Below are positions 17,573 through 24,400 of a DNA stretch of 39,954 bases, in pieces. Within the stretch, counting starts at the first letter, position 1. Every line of letters starts with the position of its first letter. The DNA lies in contig CAZJNH010000001.1 in assembly GCA_964547425.1 (NCBI GenBank), positions 71,295-111,248 of the forward strand, given 5' to 3'. A program made the translations under genes and the position numbers. This DNA is from an uncultured Candidatus Saccharibacteria bacterium. Its GTDB lineage: Bacteria > Patescibacteriota > Saccharimonadia > UBA4664 > CAZJNH01. Under the pieces are notes generated by a model. The model was given only the letters and a program-made list of their open reading frames with translations, ran no database searches and had not been told where the DNA came from.

Positions 17573-18102
17573 AGCGCTGCCTCGATCTGGCGATAAATTG
17601 TTTCAATGCTCTGGCTGCCGTCGATCTCGGTCAAAACGCCCTTTTGGCGGAAATAGTCGATCACCGGCATCGTCATAGAATGGTAATCCTTCCACTTTTG
17701 TTCAAACAGCTGGTCGCTATCGTCTGAACGTTTGCGGCCATGAATCCTAGTAATCGCCAGCTCCGGGGTAATGTTCAGATAAATCGCTTTTACGTTGACG
17801 CCGCCTCGGTCAACGAGGTAATTATCGAGCCACTGCGCATCCCTTAAAATCCGCAGACAACCATCGAGCACTACTCCTTGACCCGGTTTAACTTGATCCA
17901 GCTTTGATTTCAACATCGCTTCGATATCGGCCGACTCGGCCAGTTTGCCTTGAGACAGCAGTTGTTTAATCTTTGGGTCGTCGCTGGCTCGGAGTAAATC
18001 TCCCGTCGAAACGTACGCGTAACCTTTTTTCTCGACTATTAATTTTGCCTGCAAACTTTTGCCCGACCCGGTTGGACCCATCACTACAATTACCGGCCCC
18101 AT
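17569..18102 (-). CDS. adk: Adenylate kinase family protein (short LID)
   Basis: GPTGSGKS P-loop, STGDLLR, LDGCLR, RSDD. Confidence 0.85.
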   Translation of the reverse strand: MGPVIVVMGPTGSGKSLQAKLIVEKKGYAYVSTGDLLRASDDPKIKQLLSQGKLAESADIEAMLKSKLDQVKPGQGVVLDGCLRILRDAQWLDNYLVDRGGVNVKAIYLNITPELAITRIHGRKRSDDSDQLFEQKWKDYHSMTMPVIDYFRQKGVLTEIDGSQSIETIYRQIEAAL

Positions 18103-18467
18103 AGCTTCTCCAAAATCGCCGGCACAAAGATAGCCGCGCCCAGCAAAAACGCGCCGACGGACGCGACCAGTACCGCCCCGGCCGCCATGTCTTTAACTAA
18201 TTTAACTTCCTCGGAATGCTCGGGCTTGATGATGTCGAGGATTTTCTCGATCGCACTATTAAAAATCTCCGCCAAAAACACCAAAAGTACCGCAAAGAAA
18301 ACCGCCGCCAGCGCCTGGTTGCTCAAATCGAGTAGCAAACCCGACACCAGGACCAAAATTGCCACCGCCAAATGAATCCTGGCGTTTAATTCGTGCGTCA
18401 GTATGTAGCGCAGCCCTTGGAGGGAGTAGCGGACGGCGGCGACTAAACTGTAGTGCTGTCGGCTCAT
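18090..18467 (-). CDS. dgkA: Diacylglycerol/undecaprenol kinase
   Basis: AEIFNSAIE, KDMAAGAV. Confidence 0.92.
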   Translation of the reverse strand: MSRQHYSLVAAVRYSLQGLRYILTHELNARIHLAVAILVLVSGLLLDLSNQALAAVFFAVLLVFLAEIFNSAIEKILDIIKPEHSEEVKLVKDMAAGAVLVASVGAFLLGAAIFVPAILEKLWGR

Positions 18468-18913
18468 TTGTAGTCCAGCTTTCGATAATTTAATCCAGCT
18501 GCTTTTAGTATAGCGGTCTGGTGCTTATCCATTAAAGCCTGCTCGCTAGCGGTCTGGTGGTCAAATCCCAAGATGTGGAGCAAACCGTGCACGAGTAACG
18601 TACCTAGTTCGTCCTCCAGCTTCACCCCAGCCGACTCGGCCTGGCGCTCGGCTGTCTCCAAACTAATCGCGACGTCGCCCAGTTCATCCTCGCCGCTATA
18701 GGGAAAACTCAGAACGTCGGTTGGCGTGTTGATCCCAGCAAACTGTTCGTTTAAAGCCGAGATTTCGGCGTCACTAACTAGCTTTAAATTTATTGTGCCG
18801 GCTTTGTCGGGCAGATCCCGTTGAGCGTTTAAACCTGTCGCAATCCGGTCGATGAAGTTCAAGCTAAAACCTGGCGGCATTGTCCCCGTCGGATTAACCG
18901 TGATTTTAGGCAC
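18464..18913 (-). CDS. ybeY: rRNA maturation factor YbeY
   Basis: PTDVLSF, HGLLHILGFDH. Confidence 0.95.
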   Translation of the reverse strand: MPKITVNPTGTMPPGFSLNFIDRIATGLNAQRDLPDKAGTINLKLVSDAEISALNEQFAGINTPTDVLSFPYSGEDELGDVAISLETAERQAESAGVKLEDELGTLLVHGLLHILGFDHQTASEQALMDKHQTAILKAAGLNYRKLDYK

Positions 18914-19346
18914 TTAATTTTGCGCGGACGACGGCTGAAATCGCCGCCCCGTCGGCCTGTCCGGCGGCCTTTTCCCGAACCTTGCTGATGACTTGCCCCA
19001 TTTGTGCAACTGAGTTTGCGCCGGTTTCGGCGATCGCTTCGTCTACCAGTTTTTCCAGATCGGCCTGGCTCATCTTCTCCGGCAAATAACCTTCAATAAT
19101 AGCAAGCTCGGCCTTCTCGGGATCGGCCAAATCCTGCCGGCCAGCAGACTCATAAGCCTCGATCGAATCACGGCGCTGTTTGGCCTCTTTTTCCAGTACC
19201 GCTAGCTCTTCCGGCTCCGAAAGATCATGGCCCAAATTAATCTTTTGATTATGCAGTCCCGACTTAATTAAACGCAAAACAGCCACTTTGTCGCTGTTAC
19301 CAGCTTGCATGGCTGCCTTTAAATCTTGCTCGATCTTCTCTAGCAC
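18906..19346 (-). CDS. yqeY: GatB/YqeY domain protein
   Basis: KQRRDSIEAY, ELAIIEGYLP; follows rpsU. Confidence 0.92.
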   Translation of the reverse strand: MLEKIEQDLKAAMQAGNSDKVAVLRLIKSGLHNQKINLGHDLSEPEELAVLEKEAKQRRDSIEAYESAGRQDLADPEKAELAIIEGYLPEKMSQADLEKLVDEAIAETGANSVAQMGQVISKVREKAAGQADGAAISAVVRAKLSA

Positions 19347-19351
19347 ACTGC

Positions 19352-19561
19352 CTACTTATATATAAATTGCTTGGCGCGGGCTTCTTTGCGTACCCGCTTG
19401 CGAATGGCGATCTCCCGAGCCTCCCGCTTAGACAGCGGTTTCTCGAAGTACTGCTTACGCCGGGCCACACCCAAAACACCTGCTAGCTGGACCTTCTTGT
19501 TGAAGCGCCGGAGCAGGTTTTCGAGAGTTTCTTTGTCGTCTTTGCGGGTAACTTGTAGCAT
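19352..19561 (-). CDS. rpsU: 30S ribosomal protein S21
   Basis: ETLENLLRRFNKKV, YFEKPLSK; ATG 19561. Confidence 0.88.
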   Translation of the reverse strand: MLQVTRKDDKETLENLLRRFNKKVQLAGVLGVARRKQYFEKPLSKREAREIAIRKRVRKEARAKQFIYK

Positions 19562-19608
19562 GAACCCTAGTATTTTACAGGTTATCCCAGATCTATTCAA
19601 GCATTAGA

Positions 19609-19639
19609 ATAGGCTCCCTTCATTGAGAAGGGAGCCTAT
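19609..19639 (-). terminator. 13-bp perfect inverted repeat after ORFan
   Basis: ATAGGCTCCCTTC-attga-GAAGGGAGCCTAT. Confidence 0.7.
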
Positions 19640-19641
19640 CG

Positions 19642-19932
19642 CTATTCCTCGCCACAGGGGTTGATGCCAGCCGCTAGCGGGTGCAGAACCCCAATTACTT
19701 GGCCGCTCTCATCTAACACGGCAGTTACCAGCCTGAGATAGCCTCGTTCCGTACGAATTGCCCGGATGCCATAGCGCCCCGGATCATCCAGAAAGGTGTC
19801 GCGCGGCAACACTGGAGTGTTCGCCGGCAGAACGTACTGGGTAAAGAGATTGGCGTTGAGCCGCTCAGCCTCTTCCCACTCCTCCTCTGTGCCGAGTGCT
19901 TCTACGAGTCGCCTAGCGTCAGCTTCGTCCAA
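19642..19932 (-). CDS. Hypothetical protein (96 aa)
   Basis: GGGAGGTG SD before TTG; TTGAAC-17-TAGAAT promoter overlapping the HIT stop; downstream hairpin. Confidence 0.65.
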   Translation of the reverse strand: MDEADARRLVEALGTEEEWEEAERLNANLFTQYVLPANTPVLPRDTFLDDPGRYGIRAIRTERGYLRLVTAVLDESGQVIGVLHPLAAGINPCGEE

Positions 19933-19986
19933 AGTTCACCTCCCGATCGATAAGCTCACCAATTCTAATCTGATAAATTGCTCAGT

Positions 19987-20298
19987 TCAACCCTTAGAAC
20001 CCAAAACGTGAAAGTGAATATGATCGATTTCCTGGCCCGCCCGCAGACCGTTATGTAGCCGGACCTCGTATCCGCCCTTTAGTCCCGCATCGTGAGCAAC
20101 TTCCCGGACCGCCATTAGCAGTTTTCCGGCGAAGTTTTCGTCCTTTACGGCATCCAGATTCTCGACGTGTTGCTTTGGAACGACCAACAGATGAACCGGC
20201 GCCTTGGGATGAATGTCCTTAAAGGCGGCGGCGAAGTCGTTTTCCCACACCAAAACTTCCTTTTGGTGGTTGGCGATTTTGCAGAATAAACAGTCCAT
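19987..20298 (-). CDS. HIT (histidine triad) family protein
   Basis: DCLFCKI, DIHPKAPVHLLVVPK, GQEIDHIHFHV. Confidence 0.94.
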   Translation of the reverse strand: MDCLFCKIANHQKEVLVWENDFAAAFKDIHPKAPVHLLVVPKQHVENLDAVKDENFAGKLLMAVREVAHDAGLKGGYEVRLHNGLRAGQEIDHIHFHVLGSKG

Positions 20299-20317
20299 AA
20301 ATACAGTATAAACGTTT

Positions 20318-20348
20318 GAGAGCCCCCGGGTTGGTCCCAGGGGCTCTC
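20318..20348 (-). terminator. Hairpin after ORFan pair
   Basis: GAGAGCCCC ... GGGGCTCTC. Confidence 0.6.
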
Positions 20349-20361
20349 TCGCTCCGCTTCG

Positions 20362-20640
20362 CTAGCGGTTTCTTCCGAAACTGACCTTCTGTCGGAGTCC
20401 GGCGGTGAAGGCGCCAACGCCATGCTGCCGTTTGACCGGCTTCTGCTTGGGCTCGCTCTTGGGTTCGGATCTAGCCTTGGCCAGAACCGGCTCCAAGGGA
20501 TCGCCCTTGAGTTGAAGATCCGCCAGCACACTGGCGATCTTCTCATCACTCCAGCCCTCCTCGACGGCCTGGGCATGGAGCACCTGGTCCTTCTCCCACA
20601 AGTTACGCAGCTTTGCCCGTTTTTCTCGGGTTGCCGACAA
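20362..20640 (-). CDS. Hypothetical protein (92 aa)
   Basis: GAGGAGG SD before TTG; SEPK repeat; terminator downstream. Confidence 0.65.
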   Translation of the reverse strand: MSATREKRAKLRNLWEKDQVLHAQAVEEGWSDEKIASVLADLQLKGDPLEPVLAKARSEPKSEPKQKPVKRQHGVGAFTAGLRQKVSFGRNR

Positions 20641-20670
20641 CTCGCCTCCTCTTTGGCAGCGGATGTTCTC

Positions 20671-20928
20671 TTACTTAACGACTTGGAGCCTCGCCGGATG
20701 TCCGCCGGCCGGATGACGCGGAATGGTTTCCTGCCGCTCTTTCGGCTGCATACGCAGGTGGTTCGATGCCCCGCGGATCAACGAAATTGGCAGGGGGTGG
20801 TACAACCTGGCTACTTCGCTCGCGATCACCGCCCGTTCGCCGGACTCGACCGCGCCAAAGTGGTCGTAGTAGAGCTCGATCAGCTCCTTGATGGCCTCTT
20901 CTTTTCGCTCTTTTTGCGTCCGCTTCAT
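20671..20928 (-). CDS. Hypothetical protein (85 aa)
   Basis: GGGAGG SD; upstream promoter TTGACA-17-TATACT. Confidence 0.65.
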   Translation of the reverse strand: MKRTQKERKEEAIKELIELYYDHFGAVESGERAVIASEVARLYHPLPISLIRGASNHLRMQPKERQETIPRHPAGGHPARLQVVK

Positions 20929-20966
20929 CCACACCTCCCGAGGTTGTGAAGACTGCGAATTTCGAG

Positions 20967-20995
20967 AGTATAGTCCTTATTGTTATATCTGTCAA
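20967..20995 (-). promoter_or_regulatory. Near-consensus sigma70 promoter
   Basis: TTGACA-17 nt-TATACT. Confidence 0.75.
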
Positions 20996-21041
20996 TCCAG
21001 ATTGGCAGAGACCTTTCCCGAGAAAAAGTTGGCTTTAGGGG

Positions 21042-21070
21042 TTGACAAATACCGCTTATGCTGCTAAAAT
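21042..21070 (+). promoter_or_regulatory. sigma70 promoter with extended -10
   Basis: TTGACA-17 nt-TAAAAT with TG extension; spacer contains CGCTTATGCT. Confidence 0.75.
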
Positions 21071-21193
21071 ACCGCCTTGTAACTGAAAAAGGCGTGTCTT
21101 TTGACAGGTCTTTTTTGTTGCCCCTCTTGCTTAAACGGACGGGGTAAAAACCGTCTAGAGAGGTGTGGGTGGAAAAGGAGACTTTTCTTTCAC

Positions 21194-21763
21194 ATGCGTA
21201 GAATTCTGGTGCTAGTGACGACCGTGTTTGCGGCCATCAACCCGACCGGATTCTCACCTTTAGCCGCCTTTCAGGTGGCGACCGCCCAGGCCAAAAGCGT
21301 GGGTGAGCAGATCAAGACCATTCCTTTCAAAATGACATTAGCCACTACTGCCTTAAACCCGTTGCAAATCGAGGAACAAAAGCCCGACTTTGCCACGGAG
21401 GTCAGCATCCCGATCCGGGAAGCTGCCAAAAAGGCTGCTCTAAAGGCCAAGCAAAAGGCTGAAAAAGCCCGTTTGGCTGCCATGCAGTACGCTCCGAAGG
21501 CCACCGTCGTTATCGTTAATACCGGTGACGCTTGGGCCCAGTTGCGTTTCTGTGAGGCCGGTGGTGACTACCACAAAAACACTGGTAACGGCTTTTACGG
21601 CGCTTACCAGTTCGACTACAGCACTTGGGGTGGTTACGGTGGTTATGCTACCGCTAACCTTGCTCCGCCGAAGGTGCAGGATGCTAAGGCCCGGATGACC
21701 CAAGCCGCTCGTGGCTGGTACCCATGGCCTGCCTGTGCCCGTCGCTTGGGCTTAATCAAATAA
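21194..21763 (+). CDS. Secreted resuscitation-promoting factor (Rpf)-type transglycosylase domain protein
   Basis: Signal peptide, Ala/Lys-rich linker, WAQLRFCEAGG, NTGNGFYGAYQF..STW, GWYPWPAC; AAGGAGA SD. Confidence 0.9.
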   Translation: MRRILVLVTTVFAAINPTGFSPLAAFQVATAQAKSVGEQIKTIPFKMTLATTALNPLQIEEQKPDFATEVSIPIREAAKKAALKAKQKAEKARLAAMQYAPKATVVIVNTGDAWAQLRFCEAGGDYHKNTGNGFYGAYQFDYSTWGGYGGYATANLAPPKVQDAKARMTQAARGWYPWPACARRLGLIK

Positions 21764-21771
21764 GCCCTCCT

Positions 21772-21800
21772 AAAAAGTCCCCTCTACGGAGGGGCTTTTT
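21772..21800 (+). terminator. Intrinsic terminator, possibly bidirectional
   Basis: AAAAAGTCCCCTC-tacg-GAGGGGCTTTTT. Confidence 0.8.
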
Positions 21801-21814
21801 AGTTTGTATTAATC

Positions 21815-21843
21815 TTGACAAAGCATAACTATTATGCTACAAT
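21815..21843 (+). promoter_or_regulatory. sigma70 promoter with palindromic operator-like spacer
   Basis: TTGACA-17 nt-TACAAT; AGCATAA-cta-TTATGCT at 21822-21838. Confidence 0.75.
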
Positions 21844-21893
21844 TGTTCCCTATTTTGGTAGATTGTCTACCGAAATCGAACCAAGGAGCCAAG

Positions 21894-22202
21894 ATGACTT
21901 TCGCTGAGTTGCTCGAACAAGCACGAGCAGAGTTCCGAAGTGACGATCCGTTTCCTCACGCCGAACGCCGTAGGGCGGCAGTTGAGGTGACATCTCTGCG
22001 AAGCTTCGACGAGATCATCGAAGTGATCGTCGAAACGCAGGAGCGATATCTGCCTGATTACTCGGGCATGTTCGCAGGAACAGCCGGCAGTGTCGAAAAG
22101 ATGTGCCGCGAGGTCGTCGCGTGCCTTATCGATGCCGAGCTCCGGCGCCAATTCAATCCTCAGTACGTCTACCCGCGCAGGCTCACCCGCAGCCCCTGGT
22201 AG
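21894..22202 (+). CDS. Hypothetical protein (102 aa)
   Basis: AAGGAG SD before ATG 21894; promoter upstream; two hairpins downstream. Confidence 0.7.
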   Translation: MTFAELLEQARAEFRSDDPFPHAERRRAAVEVTSLRSFDEIIEVIVETQERYLPDYSGMFAGTAGSVEKMCREVVACLIDAELRRQFNPQYVYPRRLTRSPW

Positions 22203-22211
22203 ATCATACTC

Positions 22212-22272
22212 GAGAGGGGGTCGGCTCGCCCGGCCCCCTCTCACCCCAGCCCCGCAGTTTATGCGGGGTTTT
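22212..22272 (+). terminator. Tandem hairpins / terminator
   Basis: GAGAGGGGGTCGG/CCGGCCCCCTCTC, then GCCCCGCA/TGCGGGGT plus U-tract. Confidence 0.7.
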
Positions 22273-22273
22273 T

Positions 22274-23551
22274 CTATTCCTTATTAACTCGCTTTTGGAT
22301 TTCGGTCATGACTCGGCCTCGGGGAATCGTCTCCTGGGCACCGTTTTGCATGTCTCGGAGGATCACCACCTTATCAAACACTTCTTTCTGCCCAATGATC
22401 AGAGCATAAGGGGCTTTCGTCTTATTGGCCTTCGAGAGCTGAGAGGCAATCCCGTCTTTTTCAACCGATCCAACGGCCGAAATATCATTGTCCAGCAGCT
22501 GTTCAATCAATCTGAAGGCGTCTATCCTGGCCGGTTCTCCGAGAGACGCCACAAACACGGTAGGCGGATCGGCTCCCGGCAATTCGGCACCCGCTCCCTC
22601 AAGCTCAAGTAGCACCCGTTCTATACCTATCCCAAACCCTATACCTGAGGTCCTAGGCCCTCCAAGCTCCTCGGCCAACCCGTCGTAGCGGCCGCCGGCG
22701 CCGATACTCGATTGGGCGCCCTCTCTGGCACCATAGAACTCAAACACAGTTCGGTTATAGTAATCCAACCCCCTAACCAAGCGGTGGTTCAGGTCATACG
22801 GCACCTGCAGTTCATCCAGATACTCGAGAACCCCTCTGAAGTGGGTGTGGCAGGGCTTGCAAAGGTAGTTTAAGATCTGCGGCGCACCTTCCAGAATGGC
22901 TTGGCAGCCCTCATCCTTACAGTCGAGTACTCGAAGCGGATTAGTCTTCAGGCGGGCGTTGCAGTTCTCGCACAGTTGCTTGCGGTGCCCCTCCAGGTAC
23001 TCTGTTAAAACCCGAATGTACTTGGGCCGGCAGTTGGCGTCTCCGATACTGTTAAGCTGAAGCACCACTCCAGATACGCCCAGATTGCGGTAAAAGCGCA
23101 GGGCCAGCATCATTACCTGGGCGTCTAAGCTTGGGGATTCATCCCCAATCGCCTCAATCCCAACCTGATAATGCTGCCTCTGGCGGCCGGCTTGCGGTCT
23201 CTCGTACCGGAACATCGGCCCGATGTAGTACAGTTTGACCGGCTTGGGCAGGCTGCCCATTCCGTGTTCCAGATAAGCCCTCATAACAGGAGCCGTTGAC
23301 TCGGGGCGCAGCGCTACCTTATTGCCCGATTTATCCTCGAATTCATACAACTCCTTCGAGACGATGTCGGTCTCTTCGCCAACGCTGCGGTGGAATAGCT
23401 CGGCGTCCTCAAGGATCGGGGTTGCGATTTTCCCATACCCTGCGGCCCGGGCCAGCTTCTCAAAAGTGGCGGCCACCAGATCAAACTTCGCCTCCCGCCC
23501 AGGCAAAATATCACTCATCCCCCTCACTGATTGGAACTTCTTGGTCGCCAT
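22274..23551 (-). CDS. hisS: Histidine--tRNA ligase
   Basis: LRPESTAP, FRYERPQAGRQR, LVRGLDYY, GGRYDGL. Confidence 0.98.
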   Translation of the reverse strand: MATKKFQSVRGMSDILPGREAKFDLVAATFEKLARAAGYGKIATPILEDAELFHRSVGEETDIVSKELYEFEDKSGNKVALRPESTAPVMRAYLEHGMGSLPKPVKLYYIGPMFRYERPQAGRQRQHYQVGIEAIGDESPSLDAQVMMLALRFYRNLGVSGVVLQLNSIGDANCRPKYIRVLTEYLEGHRKQLCENCNARLKTNPLRVLDCKDEGCQAILEGAPQILNYLCKPCHTHFRGVLEYLDELQVPYDLNHRLVRGLDYYNRTVFEFYGAREGAQSSIGAGGRYDGLAEELGGPRTSGIGFGIGIERVLLELEGAGAELPGADPPTVFVASLGEPARIDAFRLIEQLLDNDISAVGSVEKDGIASQLSKANKTKAPYALIIGQKEVFDKVVILRDMQNGAQETIPRGRVMTEIQKRVNKE

Positions 23552-23606
23552 GTATCTGTTAGCCAGATTAGCACACGCCGAAGGAGGCCAGCAACCAGCC
23601 TACATC

Positions 23607-23635
23607 TTGACAAACGCTTATGCTTGGTGTATAAT
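23607..23635 (+). promoter_or_regulatory. Perfect consensus sigma70 promoter
   Basis: TTGACA-17 nt-TATAAT; spacer contains CGCTTATGCT. Confidence 0.8.
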
Positions 23636-23685
23636 TGTGCCTTCGTTTCGGTAGAAGACCGGAACCGTACCTTAAGGAGTGATAG

Positions 23686-24357
23686 ATGGACGCAGGGAGA
23701 ACTTACTTCCTGTTCGCGCTGGCCGTTCTGCTCGCGATCGTCGAGTTCGAGGCGGAAGGCCGCTTCGGGTGGGGGCAGAACTTCCCTACCTGGTACCGCG
23801 TGACGACGAAGCCGGCGAAGTGGTTGGCGATCATTCAGAAACCTCTGACTGGCTACCACTCGCCGCTGACGCTGTTTACCTTCGGCATCTTCGTCTGGCC
23901 GATGATAGACACTGGACACGTCACCCTAATCGGGGTCGTCCAGGCGTTTTCGTTCTACCTCGTATGGGCGACGGTCTGGGATTACTCCTGGTTCCTGCTC
24001 AACCCTCACTACGGACCGCGGAACTTCCGCCGGAACCGGGTGTGGTGGTTTAGCCAGGAGCCGTGGCTGTTCCGACTGATCCCACAGCGGTACATCATAG
24101 GTTGGTCGCTGTCGCTGGCGCTCGCCACGCTGATCGGTTACCTGGATCCCAAGCAATCTTGGTTCCAGGGATTCCGGGCCGAGGTGTGGCAGATGCAGTG
24201 GTACCTGATCGGAGTGTTTCTCCTCGGCACCATCGGCCGGCACTTCTACCTCCGCTACTACTTCTACATGCGCCGCGATGGCAACAGCCACGACGAGCGC
24301 GACCAGGCCGGCATCTTCCCTTCTGGGGTTGCTGCCAGCCCACCCGCCCCCCGCTAG
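23686..24357 (+). CDS. Hypothetical aromatic-rich membrane protein
   Basis: TAAGGAG SD; about 5 hydrophobic segments; WDYSWFLLNP; GC-rich codons. Confidence 0.75.
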   Translation: MDAGRTYFLFALAVLLAIVEFEAEGRFGWGQNFPTWYRVTTKPAKWLAIIQKPLTGYHSPLTLFTFGIFVWPMIDTGHVTLIGVVQAFSFYLVWATVWDYSWFLLNPHYGPRNFRRNRVWWFSQEPWLFRLIPQRYIIGWSLSLALATLIGYLDPKQSWFQGFRAEVWQMQWYLIGVFLLGTIGRHFYLRYYFYMRRDGNSHDERDQAGIFPSGVAASPPAPR

Positions 24358-24364
24358 GCCTTAT

Positions 24365-24396
24365 GAAAGGCCCCTCACGCGGGGGGCCTTTCTTTT
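24365..24396 (+). terminator. Intrinsic terminator
   Basis: GAAAGGCCCCTC ... GGGGGGCCTTTC followed by TTTT. Confidence 0.75.
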
Positions 24397-24400
24397 GGTT

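Noticed and set aside
20422-20949. Plus-strand 175-aa ORF and the many other antisense ORFs over core genes
   Set aside because: Shadow frames of better-supported genes on the opposite strand.
22403-22411. AGCATAAGG inside hisS as a motif copy
   Set aside because: Partial match within coding sequence, likely chance.
5628-24396. Integron cassettes or prophage as the explanation for the ORFans
   Set aside because: The hairpins do not resemble each other or show attC RYYYAAC/GTTRRRY ends; the units are dispersed; no integrase or phage structural genes.
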